From contig OZ004609.1 of the NCBI GenBank assembly GCA_963924565.1, positions 25,854,001-25,918,000 of the forward strand: a stretch of 64,000 bases of DNA, given 5' to 3'. Positions 1-13,300 of the stretch are shown here, in pieces (position 1 is the stretch's first letter; each line of letters opens with the position of its first letter). Made by a program: the position numbers and the translations under genes. The notes beneath the pieces were generated by a model that made no database searches, had not been told where the DNA came from, and saw nothing but the letters and a program-made list of their open reading frames with translations. This DNA comes from Ascidiella aspersa (lineage: Eukaryota).

Positions 1-1233
1 CTGTTCTGTGCTGGGAATTAGTTAGACTTTTTTATCTAAGGTATTCTTACATGTCTGATATTGGCAATTTTTCAGCTTTCTGTCAGCAATATCTTGGCTG
101 TCTAGTTTGTCACATATATATATATTACATTACTATTCAAATATTTATTGTATTGTAAATGTTATGCATTGGATTTTGTTATCTTATGCAACCTATTTAC
201 CAACCTGTTTAAACTTTTAAGTGTAACCAACATAGTTTCACATTTGTTGTAAAACTAATATTGGTAAATCAATAGCGTAAAGCCAGATCTATTAAAGTCA
301 TTCAATAAAATAATATGTTTGTTTTGTTTGTGCAAAAGCAACAATGACTTTTAGCCAACTTTTCCAATTACCAGACGCAATACATGAATAGGCCTCAAAA
401 TCTCTTGAAGTCTGTTGTGTTAAGCACTCCCTGGAATGCCTGTAACCTTAACTTGGCTAGTTTAAAACTCACATGTTTGTTGTAGCAAGTCAAATATTTC
501 TGTATTAAGGGCAAGTGATTTGTCATCAAAATCGTCTGATCACTGTAGTATGAGTCGCTCATAATTTTTGCCTGAGGTGTCAAAGGTCTAGAAACAACAG
601 GTTTAATGCAATTTATGAGGTTTTGCTGATGTCTATTTTTAACCTCAGGTTTTGGGATTAACCGGTTGTTTCACCAAACAGCCTTTGCTATTCTGTTTGC
701 ATTTAGTTGCTTTTTTATTTGTACAAAAGGTAATAAGACCAAAATGTATATGTCTTAGAACTATCTATTAGTTTAGACATAATATAATAAACACAGGTTG
801 TGACATGTTAACAGAGAAAAATTATACAGTTAAAGTTAGCAAACCGTAAAGTGTCTTTATGGAAAAGTTATGGTACATTATTTTTTTGTTGTTTTTGTAA
901 ATTATGTTTTCTGTAAGAATATTGTAAAAGCAATAGGAAATACTCAGCATAAAAAGACGGGTTACAAAGTTTCTATTTGAAACCAATCTTTAATTTCTTC
1001 ATAAATTTTTAATCAGTGCTTTGTAATTTGACTTTTGACCTGCCTTAGTTAACTTAGTAATGCTTTTTGCATTTCATAGTTACGGGTTTACATAAAAACA
1101 ATATGATGCAAGAAATTTATGTGTTTATTTAGTTTATTACCATTAACAACCCATCCTTCATGCTAACATACATAAGAATAAAATTACGCAAATAAAGTAC
1201 CTGACGAGAATTAACATCTTCTTCATTTTCTAG

Positions 1234-4200
1234 GTTTTGGAACTTGTAAAATCCATACACGCAAAAGAAAAGAAAGTTCAGTTCAAGGACATGATGATTA
1301 GCACCGTGATGCCGATTTCTGTTGCAAGAGAACTGGAGGAAAACGAGAAATCAGAACTTAAAAATAAGCAAAAACTTCAAGAGGCCCCGAGCAAAGGCTT
1401 AAAATTAAAGTGGTGGAACAAAAATGGAAAAAGAAAGCAAGTTGTCGAAGAGAAACCCCACTTCCGTTCATTTACAATGAAGCGGTAGGATTTTTTTACT
1501 TGTGGTGAATTACCCCAATGCAATTCACCGCTGTGTGAAATTTAAAAAGCAAAAGTGCAGCAATGTTGCTTTTATTTTTAGAATGAACAATGTTTCGATC
1601 TTATATGCTGACATTGTCGGTTTTACACAAATGAGCACCAACAAAACGGCTGCTGAACTTGTTGGTCTTCTCAATGACTTATTTGGCAGATTTGACAAAC
1701 TTTGTGAAGAAACTGGATGTGAAAAAATCAGCACACTGGGTAGGTTGTCAAGGTTGACAATTCTAACATGTTTCAAGCATGCTTGCTAACAAATAAGTAA
1801 ACAAGTATATAATATTTAAAATAAGTATCTTAACAATGTTGAAAAAAACTTTATTTGCAGGTGACTGCTATTATTGTGTGGCTGGTTGCCCAATCGAAAA
1901 TGCAGATCATGCAAAGTGTTGTGTGGAGATGGGATTAGGCAAGTTTTTTATAAGAAAAAATTTCCTATTTTTATTTGTTTTTTTATAATTTATTGATTTC
2001 TTGGTTAAGACTACCTGCAGGCTTTTTGTATATGCTCCCTGTTCATATAAATTATTTTAAGCACATTTGCCATAACTGTCTAATTTTTATCCAGGGATGA
2101 TAGTTGCCATTAAAGAATTCTGCATCCAGAACAACACAAATGTTAACATGAGGGTTGGAATTCATACAGGCTATGTTCTTTGTGGTATTGTAGGACTAAA
2201 ACGACGCAAGGTAAATTTGCTTATAGTAACTCATTTTGACAGCAGTTGTTTCAGCAATTTATGTTGCCAAACAAGATTGCTTTACGCTTGGTGATAATAC
2301 TAATTCAAAAACATATTTATGATTTGTTGTTTTAGCAGTAACTTTGTGAAAATGTAAACAGTTTTGCAATAGGCTAGTCTGGAAATAGGTACACCTATAA
2401 AACAAAAGCAATGCACTGGAATATGCTGCTAATTTTTGTGTCCCAATTTTAAAACCCTGTTTCTTTCTAGTTTGATGTGTGGTCAAATGATGTGTCGTTG
2501 GCAAATGGAATGGAGCAATGGGGAATTCCAGGACGAATTCACATCTCACAGCAGACCCTTGATTTTCTGGGAGATTCCTATGAGGTGGAAGACAGCAAAC
2601 TTGAAACAAGAAATGAGAACTTCAAAAGTAATTCCAAATTTAATATTCTTTAGCTCCAAATAGGAATGAAAAATTCTTTCCCAGATGAATGTAGCTATAA
2701 ATTTATGTTTGTTTGTGCTCCCTATATTTTGACGAATAACCTATATAATTAAACTTTACTCTTAGCCCTAATGATTTTGGTTTGGTTCTTTACTCCAGAT
2801 ATTTTACTATATTAGGTGTAGGATTTTTTTTAAATCATCTTAACATACAAAGTAATATGTAGTACACCATTGTATACTTTTTTAATTGTTTAGACAAAAC
2901 TGGAACTACATACCTGATAGTGGCACGAAAAGACAAACCAAACGCTGAGGACACGACCCACACAAATAATTCCACTACTCTTGATGGAAATTCTGAAAAC
3001 AATGTATGTCAGGCCACTTAAACTTTCTTTCAATAATGTACAAAGCACTGATATTACCTTTAAATACCAAACCAAGCATTATACTAATATAATCAAGCTT
3101 GTATGAGAAAGAAATGTCTGTTTTATGTTAAGAATTGGTTATTCTTTAATGCACACTTTTGTTTCCGAAAATTGTTTGCTTGTTGTCCTGTTTTTTTAGA
3201 TCCAAATTCTGTTTTGTTTGAATCCAAACTAACAGTGCTAAATTTGGAACTGATGTTTTTGGTTCATTGATTGATTGATGATTTACTAATCAGCTTTAAA
3301 TGTAATTCTCGCCCTGTAATTATGTTTAAGGTTGGAACTCCAATAAAACTGGAGAAACAGAGATCAAAGGTAAGCATCCCAACTGCCCAGTAATTATTGA
3401 CTTTGTCCGATATGTACTTATCTCTATCTCATTGCCAGTTTACAGTGACTTTGTGTTGTAACAACTTAACACATTCAGTATTTATCAGTACAAATAGCGC
3501 ACAGTTTTTGCCTGCAACAACATAGGCTCTCTGCTTTGTTTCCTTCTTTTTCTTGAGAATGACATAATGACCCAATGAACCGTTTAATAAGTTAGGAAAA
3601 GTTTTCTCTGTGAATTTTCAAAAAAAATTTGAATACGTGAAGAATTGCATGTTTAGCTAACTTAACAATGTGAATTTCAATATCAAATAGAGAAAATGTA
3701 AACAGTGAGATAAATTGAATGTAAGTAATACGTTATGCATTTTTCACAGTAATTTTAAGATAGACAACCTAAGAAACTAAGTTTTAAAAAAAAATAAAAA
3801 GCAAGAAAATCATTTGTCCTTCAAATAGCCAATGATTTATAATGCAGCTTGACTTCTGTTATATGCCCTTATTATTTTAAACACATGTATTGGTTTTACA
3901 CTGGGCATAATAGAGCTTGTTTTTTTAGTTTTTTGTAAAATTGCCTACTCCTCATCAAATTTGTATACAGTTTCTGTTCTCTATGAACATTGATTGCAGT
4001 GCTGGTTTTAACACTTCGGGAATTAAACCTGCTAACTGAATGCCTAACCTCAACTTTTGACCAGCAACTGTTGCCAGCTGTTGGTGTGGGTGTGAAAAAT
4101 GTGTTCCACTTTTTGGTGCTTCTGGTGTGCACAAACAAACTGCCTGTTGCATTTCTGTTTGTGTAATGTAACAGAGCTGTTGACAAACATAATACACTGT

Positions 4201-4290
4201 TAAACTGTGTGTGTATTTTTAGTCTTAAGTTTATGTGTTTTGCACCTGGTAAATAGCATAACAGTTTGGTTTTACAAATGTCCAGCAGTC

Positions 4291-4327
<37 letters not shown>

Positions 4328-7300
4328 TAACCGCTTTTTATACTATGTTTAATCAAATTATTTTAACTGTATATTTCCTGTAAAAAAGCCATTTTTTCTG
4401 TCCACTTTTTTATTGTGGCTTAGGTTAATTAAATATAACAATTTTATCCGTATTAGATCGAGTTCGCTTTAGTCTTACCTTTTTATAACCTCATTTGCAT
4501 TTTATGTTTTCATTAACCATGAAAGCATAGCATCGTGTTATATCGAAACTCCATCTATGTTTCCAGTTTGTTACTAATTTCACTCCATATCGTCCATTAG
4601 GCTTTGCTAAGCGTAAACCTTTATCTGTTGCCATTTTTAATTCTAAAAGTACCAAAAACTTTTGAAAACTTTCCTTTACGATATTTTTCTAAAAGTTCAT
4701 CTTATTGTTGTTTTGTGTCTTACAATCTCTATGTGTTGTGTGAATGATTAAAGGTGTACAGCAACAACGTACCTTCCACCGAACCGCTTTTATCCTCCAA
4801 GGTAGGTGTTGTCATTCTAAGCCATTGTGATGTAACAAAAAATAAGCCCAGGGTGTCATGGTTGATTGGCTTCTCAAATCCTAATGGTTTATAATTTTTC
4901 ATATGTTTTTATCACCGTTGTAATAAATTGTCTTGCGTGATAGTAGATAGATGTAACAACAGCCATAGTTTGTATTGGTCAATTGCAATTGTAATGGGCG
5001 GCTCACAATGACAAAGTTTTACAAGGCAAAATAGGACTGCACTTATGCCGTCCTACCATTTTTGATTTTCTAACGCAACTAGCATCATGTAACAGTATGC
5101 ATCATTGTTTCATTTATTTTATTGACATTTTAACGCTATTCATGCACAATATGTTCTCAGCATGCGCATGACTTTGGGTGATAAAATTTCCTAGGGCATG
5201 TTTTTCTGTTAGCTTCCACGTAATTACATTTTGCTTGCATGTCCATTCGAGCACCACCGCCTCTTTCTGTTATGTTTGTTATATAATGTAATGCTACATT
5301 ACAATCTCTGATATAAATATGACTAGCTGTGTACCAGTGGATATTATGTTTCTTCTAATTCAATGCCTTCGATTTTTTTTGGCGTTTAACTCACGTTCGA
5401 GTTTGTAACGCTGTAGGCTGATGAATGCCTGTACTCGTCAATGACTTATTTTCTTTTCCCCTTTTTGGCCGAATTAACAAGTTTTGTTTGATTTTTTTTT
5501 TTGGATCGTATCAGTTTGCTCACCAATTCTGCCGCTAAAATGCGATTTACTTTACCACTTCGAAAAATGTCTTCTCCGTTTTGGTAAATTTATTTGGCTT
5601 CTTAACCCTTTGTTCTGTTCTCAAGCCGATTTAAATTTCAGAAGAGAAAAAGTCACCTCGAACATGGCGGGGCAAACAACTTGCAGGATGGTAGCAACAT
5701 GTCCACCAGCCAGAATTCGCTGGCATACATGATTAAACAGGTGCATGCCGCCGAACACCGAACTATTTGTTATTTAAGTATTTTTTAATTTAAAGCAATT
5801 TTTTGAGTTTGTGCCCCTTTTTAATTTACCCAAAAAAATTGTGAACTTTTACTTTTGGATGTCTCGTTTTTTGCTACCGCACGGATTTGTTTCATTAACT
5901 TTTAATTTAAGATGATTTCGATTTGATGTTTTGAAAATTGCTTATCGCAAGCTAGAAAGTACGATTTATTTGGATATAACACTATGTGTAAAGTTGTTGT
6001 TAGTTGCCGCCGTTTAAACCCGTTGTGCGAACCAAGTTTAGGAATCTCCGCTTTGCATAAATCGATCAGCGCTCTATATTAATGCGCTGGTATATACGTT
6101 TATGCGTTTCGTTAAAACCACGCACTGAGTCCACCTGAGACTTTCTATGCGCGTAACTCATTAAGGTATGGATTTTACAGAAAAAACGAAGTTGGGTGTT
6201 TTCACGCTTGGCGTGTTTCTTTCACAGTAGCGACCCTCGTTGTCAATTTGCCTACGTCGCCCATCAATTAGTTTTCGATGAGAAAGAAATGTCCTTTGCG
6301 AAGTAAAGTGCTCTTCGGCCAGATTTCCAATTTCGTTTGGCCGCGTCGGCCTTTCGTCTAAATTATTCACGCATTTGCCGGTTTCGAGCATTCGCCGTTG
6401 CATAACGATCCACACAACTCGATACAGTGTATCAGGGTCTTGAGTTGCTGGGCGTCAGACGGTATCAGCTATATATAAATAGTTCTGGTGAAAGCACGGT
6501 TATACGCGTGCTTTTTAATGCACAATGGGATTGGACTGACTTAACATAAAGAGTGATCGGAATCAATTTCTGGCCTAAATATATTGCAACAATTGCAGCG
6601 CTTTTGGCCAACTTTCCCGTTAAAACAAATGCGTCTGTCTTGTCTTACGCACACGGATAATCCGTTTTTATTGCATACTGCGAAGGTTATAAATAACTAA
6701 GCAAAATTGCCCACATACCAATGTATGTCTGGAGCGTATTTACAACGACACCCTAAAACTCCTCGATTACGTTTAGAAGGGTTAAAGGCGCCGTTAAGTC
6801 GATATGTATTCCCATATCTCCTGCCTGGTTTCATGCCGTTAATATGCGACACCGCTCTGTACAGGGTGGCTCAAAAGTTGACAATTGCCACGTCAAGCGC
6901 AAGCAGCAAGCAAAAATTGCAAATCTAGTTTTTTTTATGACTAGACGCGGCGTGGCCCAGGTTAAATAGGGTCTTTACCTGTTTAATATGAAAACATTTG
7001 CAACTTTCCCTACTGGCGCTGTCACCGCAATTTAAAACAGTTACCGGCGGCCCTTCAGAGTTTAAATCAAGACCTAGAGGTTCGAGGCCAACTCGCGCGT
7101 GAACCAGCACAACAGCCGACGATTACTGAAAGCCTCTCTTGTGTGTTACTCGCAGGATCAGCTGATGGAGTACCTGGAACAGCACACCAGCCCTTTCGCC
7201 CAGCCCGGTGCCCTTTCGCGAATGCGCGAACTCGAGGACAAGAAGGTGGTCGACGACATGGGAAAATATGAGTGCGTCTCTATCGTTAAAAATATTCTTT

Positions 7301-10300
7301 ATTTCGTTTCGACCGCCTGCTAAACGACACACACACACATCATTTTTTGCGCCTGAGTTTAGGCCATCACCATGTGTTCGAAATGTCAACATTTCCAATT
7401 CTGCTGGCGCGCCGTGGAATTTACCTTTAAATATGGCCGCCTGTAAAATTGAACTTTTTTGTTTAGCCTTTGTCATTGACAATTGAAGGTGTGGCATGCC
7501 TGTGATCGACTGTAGTGGTACTGATCAAAAATGCTACAAACAAATTTTTAAGAGTAAAATATTTATATTTTTTGGGAGGGAGGCTTGGCCCATGTGCCCC
7601 CCCTGGCTACGCCTATGCATCCAATCTTGTTTAGTTGTCGCTTGTACAACCTGTGTGCGAACGCGCAGTCGTGAACCAATACACTACTACATAATTTAAA
7701 GACTCACTTGCCGCTGTTGTGTTTCTTACGTATTTCTAAGGCACCCGAACGCGGCTTTCACATACTAAAAATTATATTTGGCGAAAAACTGTATAAAATA
7801 TATCGCGTTGTAACTTTTGGTTAGTTTTGATTATGTAGGTATCTGCGAGCTCCGATTTAGATCTAAACAGTAACTGGTGTTCAACATTTGGGCCTGGGTA
7901 AAAAAAAGTTAAATGGCTGTAACCATGCTTTACTTACAACGCCAGACTACGGCCTCACAACCGTCCAAGGCGAACCGAGTGGAATACTTTCAAAGAGTCC
8001 AGTCACTTTATGCCGACTTCCAACAAAGGAAAATTCCCCACAATATATCCCTGGTCGTTATGCCCACGCGCTGTCCGCTCCTCATTTTTCGGATGGTACC
8101 ATATGCCCCAGCGAACCCTCCCTCCCACCCACTTCACACTCCTTCTACTGTACGTGTATGTTGCTTCAGGGAAGTGCTCGAGTTCTACGACAACAGCGAC
8201 GTCGATCACGTGACCATAGGCTTCGCCAATTCGTCCCTGGAACAATCCTACCAGGGAAGTTGTGAGCTCGAGACCAGGTCGGACCTTCCCATTGAAATGT
8301 GTGTATCGGCACGCTACAGAATCTTCGTGGTGAGTTGGTGTTGATGGGATTTTCTACAAGGGATCGGTGACGTTAGTTAGCTGCGATATTGCGAAATAGC
8401 ATTAACGGGCAAAATTGTCGCAAGTTTTCTTCGAAATCCTTGCCTGGTGTCACCTCAGCATCCCATTATGCGCGATTGGTTTGTTTATAGGCAGGATGGG
8501 TTTTATTCTTTAATAATCTCAATAAAAAATTGCAAATTCTAGATTTATATTTGCTTGCCGTTTATAAAAAGGCGTGCCGATTTGGTGAGTATATCCAACT
8601 AGCGAAAATAAGCTTAAATCTCGTGGCTGCCCTTTCAGGCTTATTTGGTTTATTTTCAGGCTTATTCTTTTTTACATTTGAGGTACAAAGAGTAAAGTTT
8701 AAGGTTGATTTGCTTTCAGAAAACAAAAACGGTACCCCGCTTTTAAGACACCACTTAAAGGTGTATACGCGCGATAATAGGCACGCGCACTTCTTGGGCG
8801 GGAACCGACACGTTTTTCAGTAGCACTTGCGCATTGTTGTTCATTAATCAAAACAAACAGATCGGGTACACGTAAACATCCGTAGTGCGAACGCGATAGC
8901 CTTGTAGAACAACTTGTATTTACGCAGGGAGTGCTGGTATCCACACAGTTAAAGCGAGACCTGTAAAGCAATTTGACAAGCTCAACATTTCTAAAACTCC
9001 GTCTAAATTTAACAACATATCATAAATTATACATTAGTGTTTCTCCAACACCAATTTAACGGGAGTGAAAAAACTATTTTAAAACAAGCAAAGATCATAA
9101 ACCATTACTTTATTTCGGGCCCATGGTTACTGACGTATAACTAAAGTGTTTAATCTTCATCAATAATTATGCCATACTAAAATTACGACTCTCTCAAAAA
9201 AAACAGGTCTATTTTTATTTTTCAATTCTAATTGGGGTTGCTCACAGAACAGCAGTAAATGAGATGGCTGCGAATCAACTGGTTATGTTTTGTTTGTGTT
9301 TCTTTTCCCTGTCGACCTTCTTTAAGTTTATAGTTTTTTACGCGGAATATTTTTTTTACGTATACATAAGCGATGTAGTGGGAGCAGACATGATTTCCGC
9401 GGAATTTCCTATAAACAATAATCAAAGTGATAATTTAAGCATTAATGGACTGTCGTTGCCAAATCTGCCTGCAATTTGATAACTGTAGTATCGGAACGAG
9501 AACGGCACCTCGAACCAGTGTTTTAGACCGGGTTACCATACCGTGCTTATCTGTAAGGTATGCGGCTCCGAAATAAAATCCTGGATTCGCACCCGTGCTT
9601 ATTTAGGGTAACCCTGGTTATAGGTTAATCGAAATCCGTTCACGTTTTAACCTCGTTCGGCCTCATCCTAAGTTTTACTTTGCCGAAATTCCTTCTGTTG
9701 ATAAAATCGCGGCTCTTCTTCCAGGACCTGGTCGCCGCATCCCTGGTGACGGTGCTGGTCTTCGTGGCTTCCATCCTCCTACTCGCCTCTCCAGCATCCG
9801 ACGTCTCGTGGATCGTGACCTTTGTCATCCTCTTCGCCTTATTGGTGAGTACTTTCACCTGCGCTCTAGTGTAGTGTTGTAATGACTTAAGTCAATGTCA
9901 TTTGCAATTAAGTCACTGTTTTCAAATGACTTGACTTGACTTGACTTTATTTTTCGGGGCAAAATGACTTGACTCGACTTAAGTGTTTTAGACAAATGAC
10001 TTTACTTGACTTAAGTCTTTTAGACAAATGACTTGGGTTCAAATTATGTGTTTTTATTAAGCGTTTTTTGTATAATTGGGTTATTTATTCTAATGCTTGA
10101 CTGGACTTAAGTCAGTTAAAAATGACTTGTTCACAACACTGAGTGTATATGAATTGATTTTTAGTTGCTAGATTTAAGACATTTTAAGATAGTAGTATGT
10201 TGTTATCGTACATTACGACGATGTTTGTTTGTTGTATGTTGTCGAATCGTGCGTTTTTGCGCTCTTTTTTATATATCAACGCTGTATAAGCGCATTCAGA

Positions 10301-13300
10301 TGCATTCTTCCATCCATACTTGGCCGTGTCAATTTCTTGCAGTGGCGGTTTAGCGCGCTACAAAGAGCTAAATTAACCTCCAGTGAATTTTATTATTAAT
10401 CGTGTACCACTAAATGCGGTTTGCCACTTATATGGGATGAAAACCGTTTAAGCTTAGAACGTTGTTAACGGAAAACGTTGAAACTGCTAAAAATGCGTTT
10501 GGATTGCAAACCCTGATTACACCAGTCAGTAAGTTTGCTCATATTTATCCAGGCTACTTTCTGTGTGCTGTCGGCGCTCTACGTGTACGGCAAGTCCGAT
10601 TTGACCGGTACACCTCGATCCATTGCGGGAGCACTGGCCAACTGGGAGCTTCGGTAAGATAACTTTGCTTGTGTTACTACAAACTTATTTGACTTCCACT
10701 TACGTTTTTTACGCTTTTTAGTGTTTTTTATTTTTGTAAAAGCGACAACGTTTTTTGCCTTATTTAAAACGTGGTCCATTGTGTTTTTTTCCTTTTAGTG
10801 TTTATGTGGTTTATATATGTTTTGTTCGCCTACAGTTGCAATAATATTGCCCTGAAGAAGATTCCCCACTATGTAGTCGAAACGTTGGTATTTTAATTAA
10901 ATTTACAACTTTACAGTTTGAACAATGCATTGCAGCAACTGTATATTCCTTTTAATTTTTGTGTGTTTTTTACCATAACTATACTCTGCTCAGTGGGTAA
11001 AAAACGGAGGCTTACAATAAAAACTGATTCCGGGTCAACATTGTCGGCCAATCTTCTAATCTAAACCAAGCTTATACGTATGTCTTGCCGCAGGAACGTG
11101 TGTCATTTGTTAACACCAAAAATGACAGTTATATATCGCGCCTCGCCCGTTTACAGTTAGATCGAATTGTTTTATCGAGCGGCGATGTGCTATTCCTGTT
11201 CCAGGCGTTCGATCGAAGCTCAAATTAAACGTTCATCCGCACATAATCGACGGCTGTACTTTTGGAAATCTGTGTTGATTGCATTCCAACCTTCCGCGAA
11301 TTTCGAAGTTCTTCCAAGGCCAATAAAATCGCTTGAGCCGAGCGCAGCAATTTGCTTGCTAATTGCCTCCCAGAACATATCCAAAACAGGATTTTATATC
11401 TTGATAATAAATTGCAAAGCCAAAAAGGTTGATTAAGACGTTTCGATACGAGCTTGTATCATCTTCAGTTAATGTCGAGATGATGTCGATCTACTCGACC
11501 TTTTTGGCTTTGCAATTTATTTTCAAGCTACATTACAGATCCGTGCATAGTCTACCCAAGGATTTTATATATTCCGTAATTTCGGTTTATGTTTTATGGC
11601 ACATGCGAACACAGCGGCTTGCTTTTCTTCCACTGTTCCTTAGGGTTTTTTCCTATTTTTTAATCTACCTTTTACCGGCTAAGGTTTTTGCTAAACCTTA
11701 GCCTTATTTAAAAAAAAGTTTGCCATTTTATTTTTTCATAACTTTTTGGGGATGTACAACTGCATAATTCTCCACGCACCGAAAGCCTTGTAGTTCGGAT
11801 GAATGACGTTTTAAAATATCTCTCTTTGTTTAAGGTTTTGCTTTCTTCACTTTTTGTCCTCTGATTGTTTGAGGCATTTATCCATGTATGTTGTCTTTAA
11901 TATAAGTGTACTAATTTAAAGTTTAAGTAGACTCGCCATTGTTGTTTATTTGGAGGTATACGGTTTAAATTAGTCAGTTTAAATCAGTGGTTCTCAAACT
12001 TTTGGAAATTAGTCGCTGTCTATTATTAGTTATTCAACAACTGACCATTGTAAGGTGCATAGGTTTTAAAATAAATATTAGTTAAAACTTGTGTAAGTCG
12101 TGGCCCATTTAATGTCTCTCAACATGTTGTGCCTTCTAGCTCAAATTATTCTATGAACGTCATTAAGCGTATATGAACGTCATTAAGGGGGTCTCTGAAA
12201 TAATAATAACAACAACAAATCGAGATTAACTGAAAACTATTGACCACGGTTAAAAGTGCTTGTTTTAAATTTAACAGTACTGTCCACTCTTTCCCACTCC
12301 TCCAGACATGTGATCGGAGGACTCCTGCTCCTCTTTCCGGCCGCCGTCGTTTTCTCTCACTACGCCTGCCAGCCGCTCGGCAGCGCCCCCTCGTGCTCCA
12401 ACTACGTCATCGTGGGAGCGGTCGTCATCCTTCACTTTCTTAACTTCGACCAACTCAACACCTGGATGCGGTGAGTTGTTTGGCTGCGGTTTTGCGTTAA
12501 CTGTAAAAAAACTACCCGTCAGTCAAGTATTGTTGCGAGTTAATGTAAAACGTTTTAAATGTTAAGTACAATAGTTTTTCAACAAATAGCCAATATTTTC
12601 AGGCGAGTAAGTGAAAAATAGTAACCCAATTAAAGTGGTCATCACAAGACTAATTATGCTCAACCCCACCTACTATTGTATCACATTCACAAGCCTAGGT
12701 CGCTAATCACATCTCCAGAAGTGTTAAAGTTAAACGTTGTTGTTGTAAGTCAATGTGAGTTGTTTTAAATGTCAAGTACAATTGTTTTCAACCAATAGCC
12801 AAGGCGTTCAGACAAACTTTAAAACTAGTTTCATGTTTAATCCCCTTCCCACAACAGCCTTGCAATAGAGGCCATGGTAGCTATTAACCTTTTATGCGGC
12901 CACTGGTAACTTTTTTTAGGGTGGACATTTTGTACAACTACACTGTTAGCGACGATGGTTAAAAAAGTTTTTTCTTGTTTAAAGCCGTACCTAATCATTC
13001 GCCGAATACGCCTCTTTCACTTTCTAAAGCGAAACAGGCTTCCTTCTGTTTTTAGTGCAACTTAAAAAAAGGAGTGGAAGCAACCGTTGCCCCATTTTAT
13101 TTTACCTGGTGACAAATAAACGCTGATATTGTTTTGTCTTTATCAGTACAGAGGGTCGCTTGTTTACATAATTACAAACGCTTGCTTTAGAACTGACTGT
13201 GTACGCGAAAGTTCGATAGGGTATATTCCGCTGAAATCCGTCACGCCAAACGACGTGTTTTCAGAATTGGTCTCTGATATAGGAATTTTTTGCGCACGAA

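Noticed and set aside
9872-10141. CRISPR-like repeat array
   Set aside because: Irregular pentamer repeats without unique spacers, in a eukaryotic intron with TIR-like ends.
11220-11390. Minus-strand peptide [13 protein letters not shown]...[12 protein letters not shown] resembling a Harbinger Myb/SANT-like fragment
   Set aside because: Only the Trp spacing is suggestive; it cannot be supported without an HMM search.
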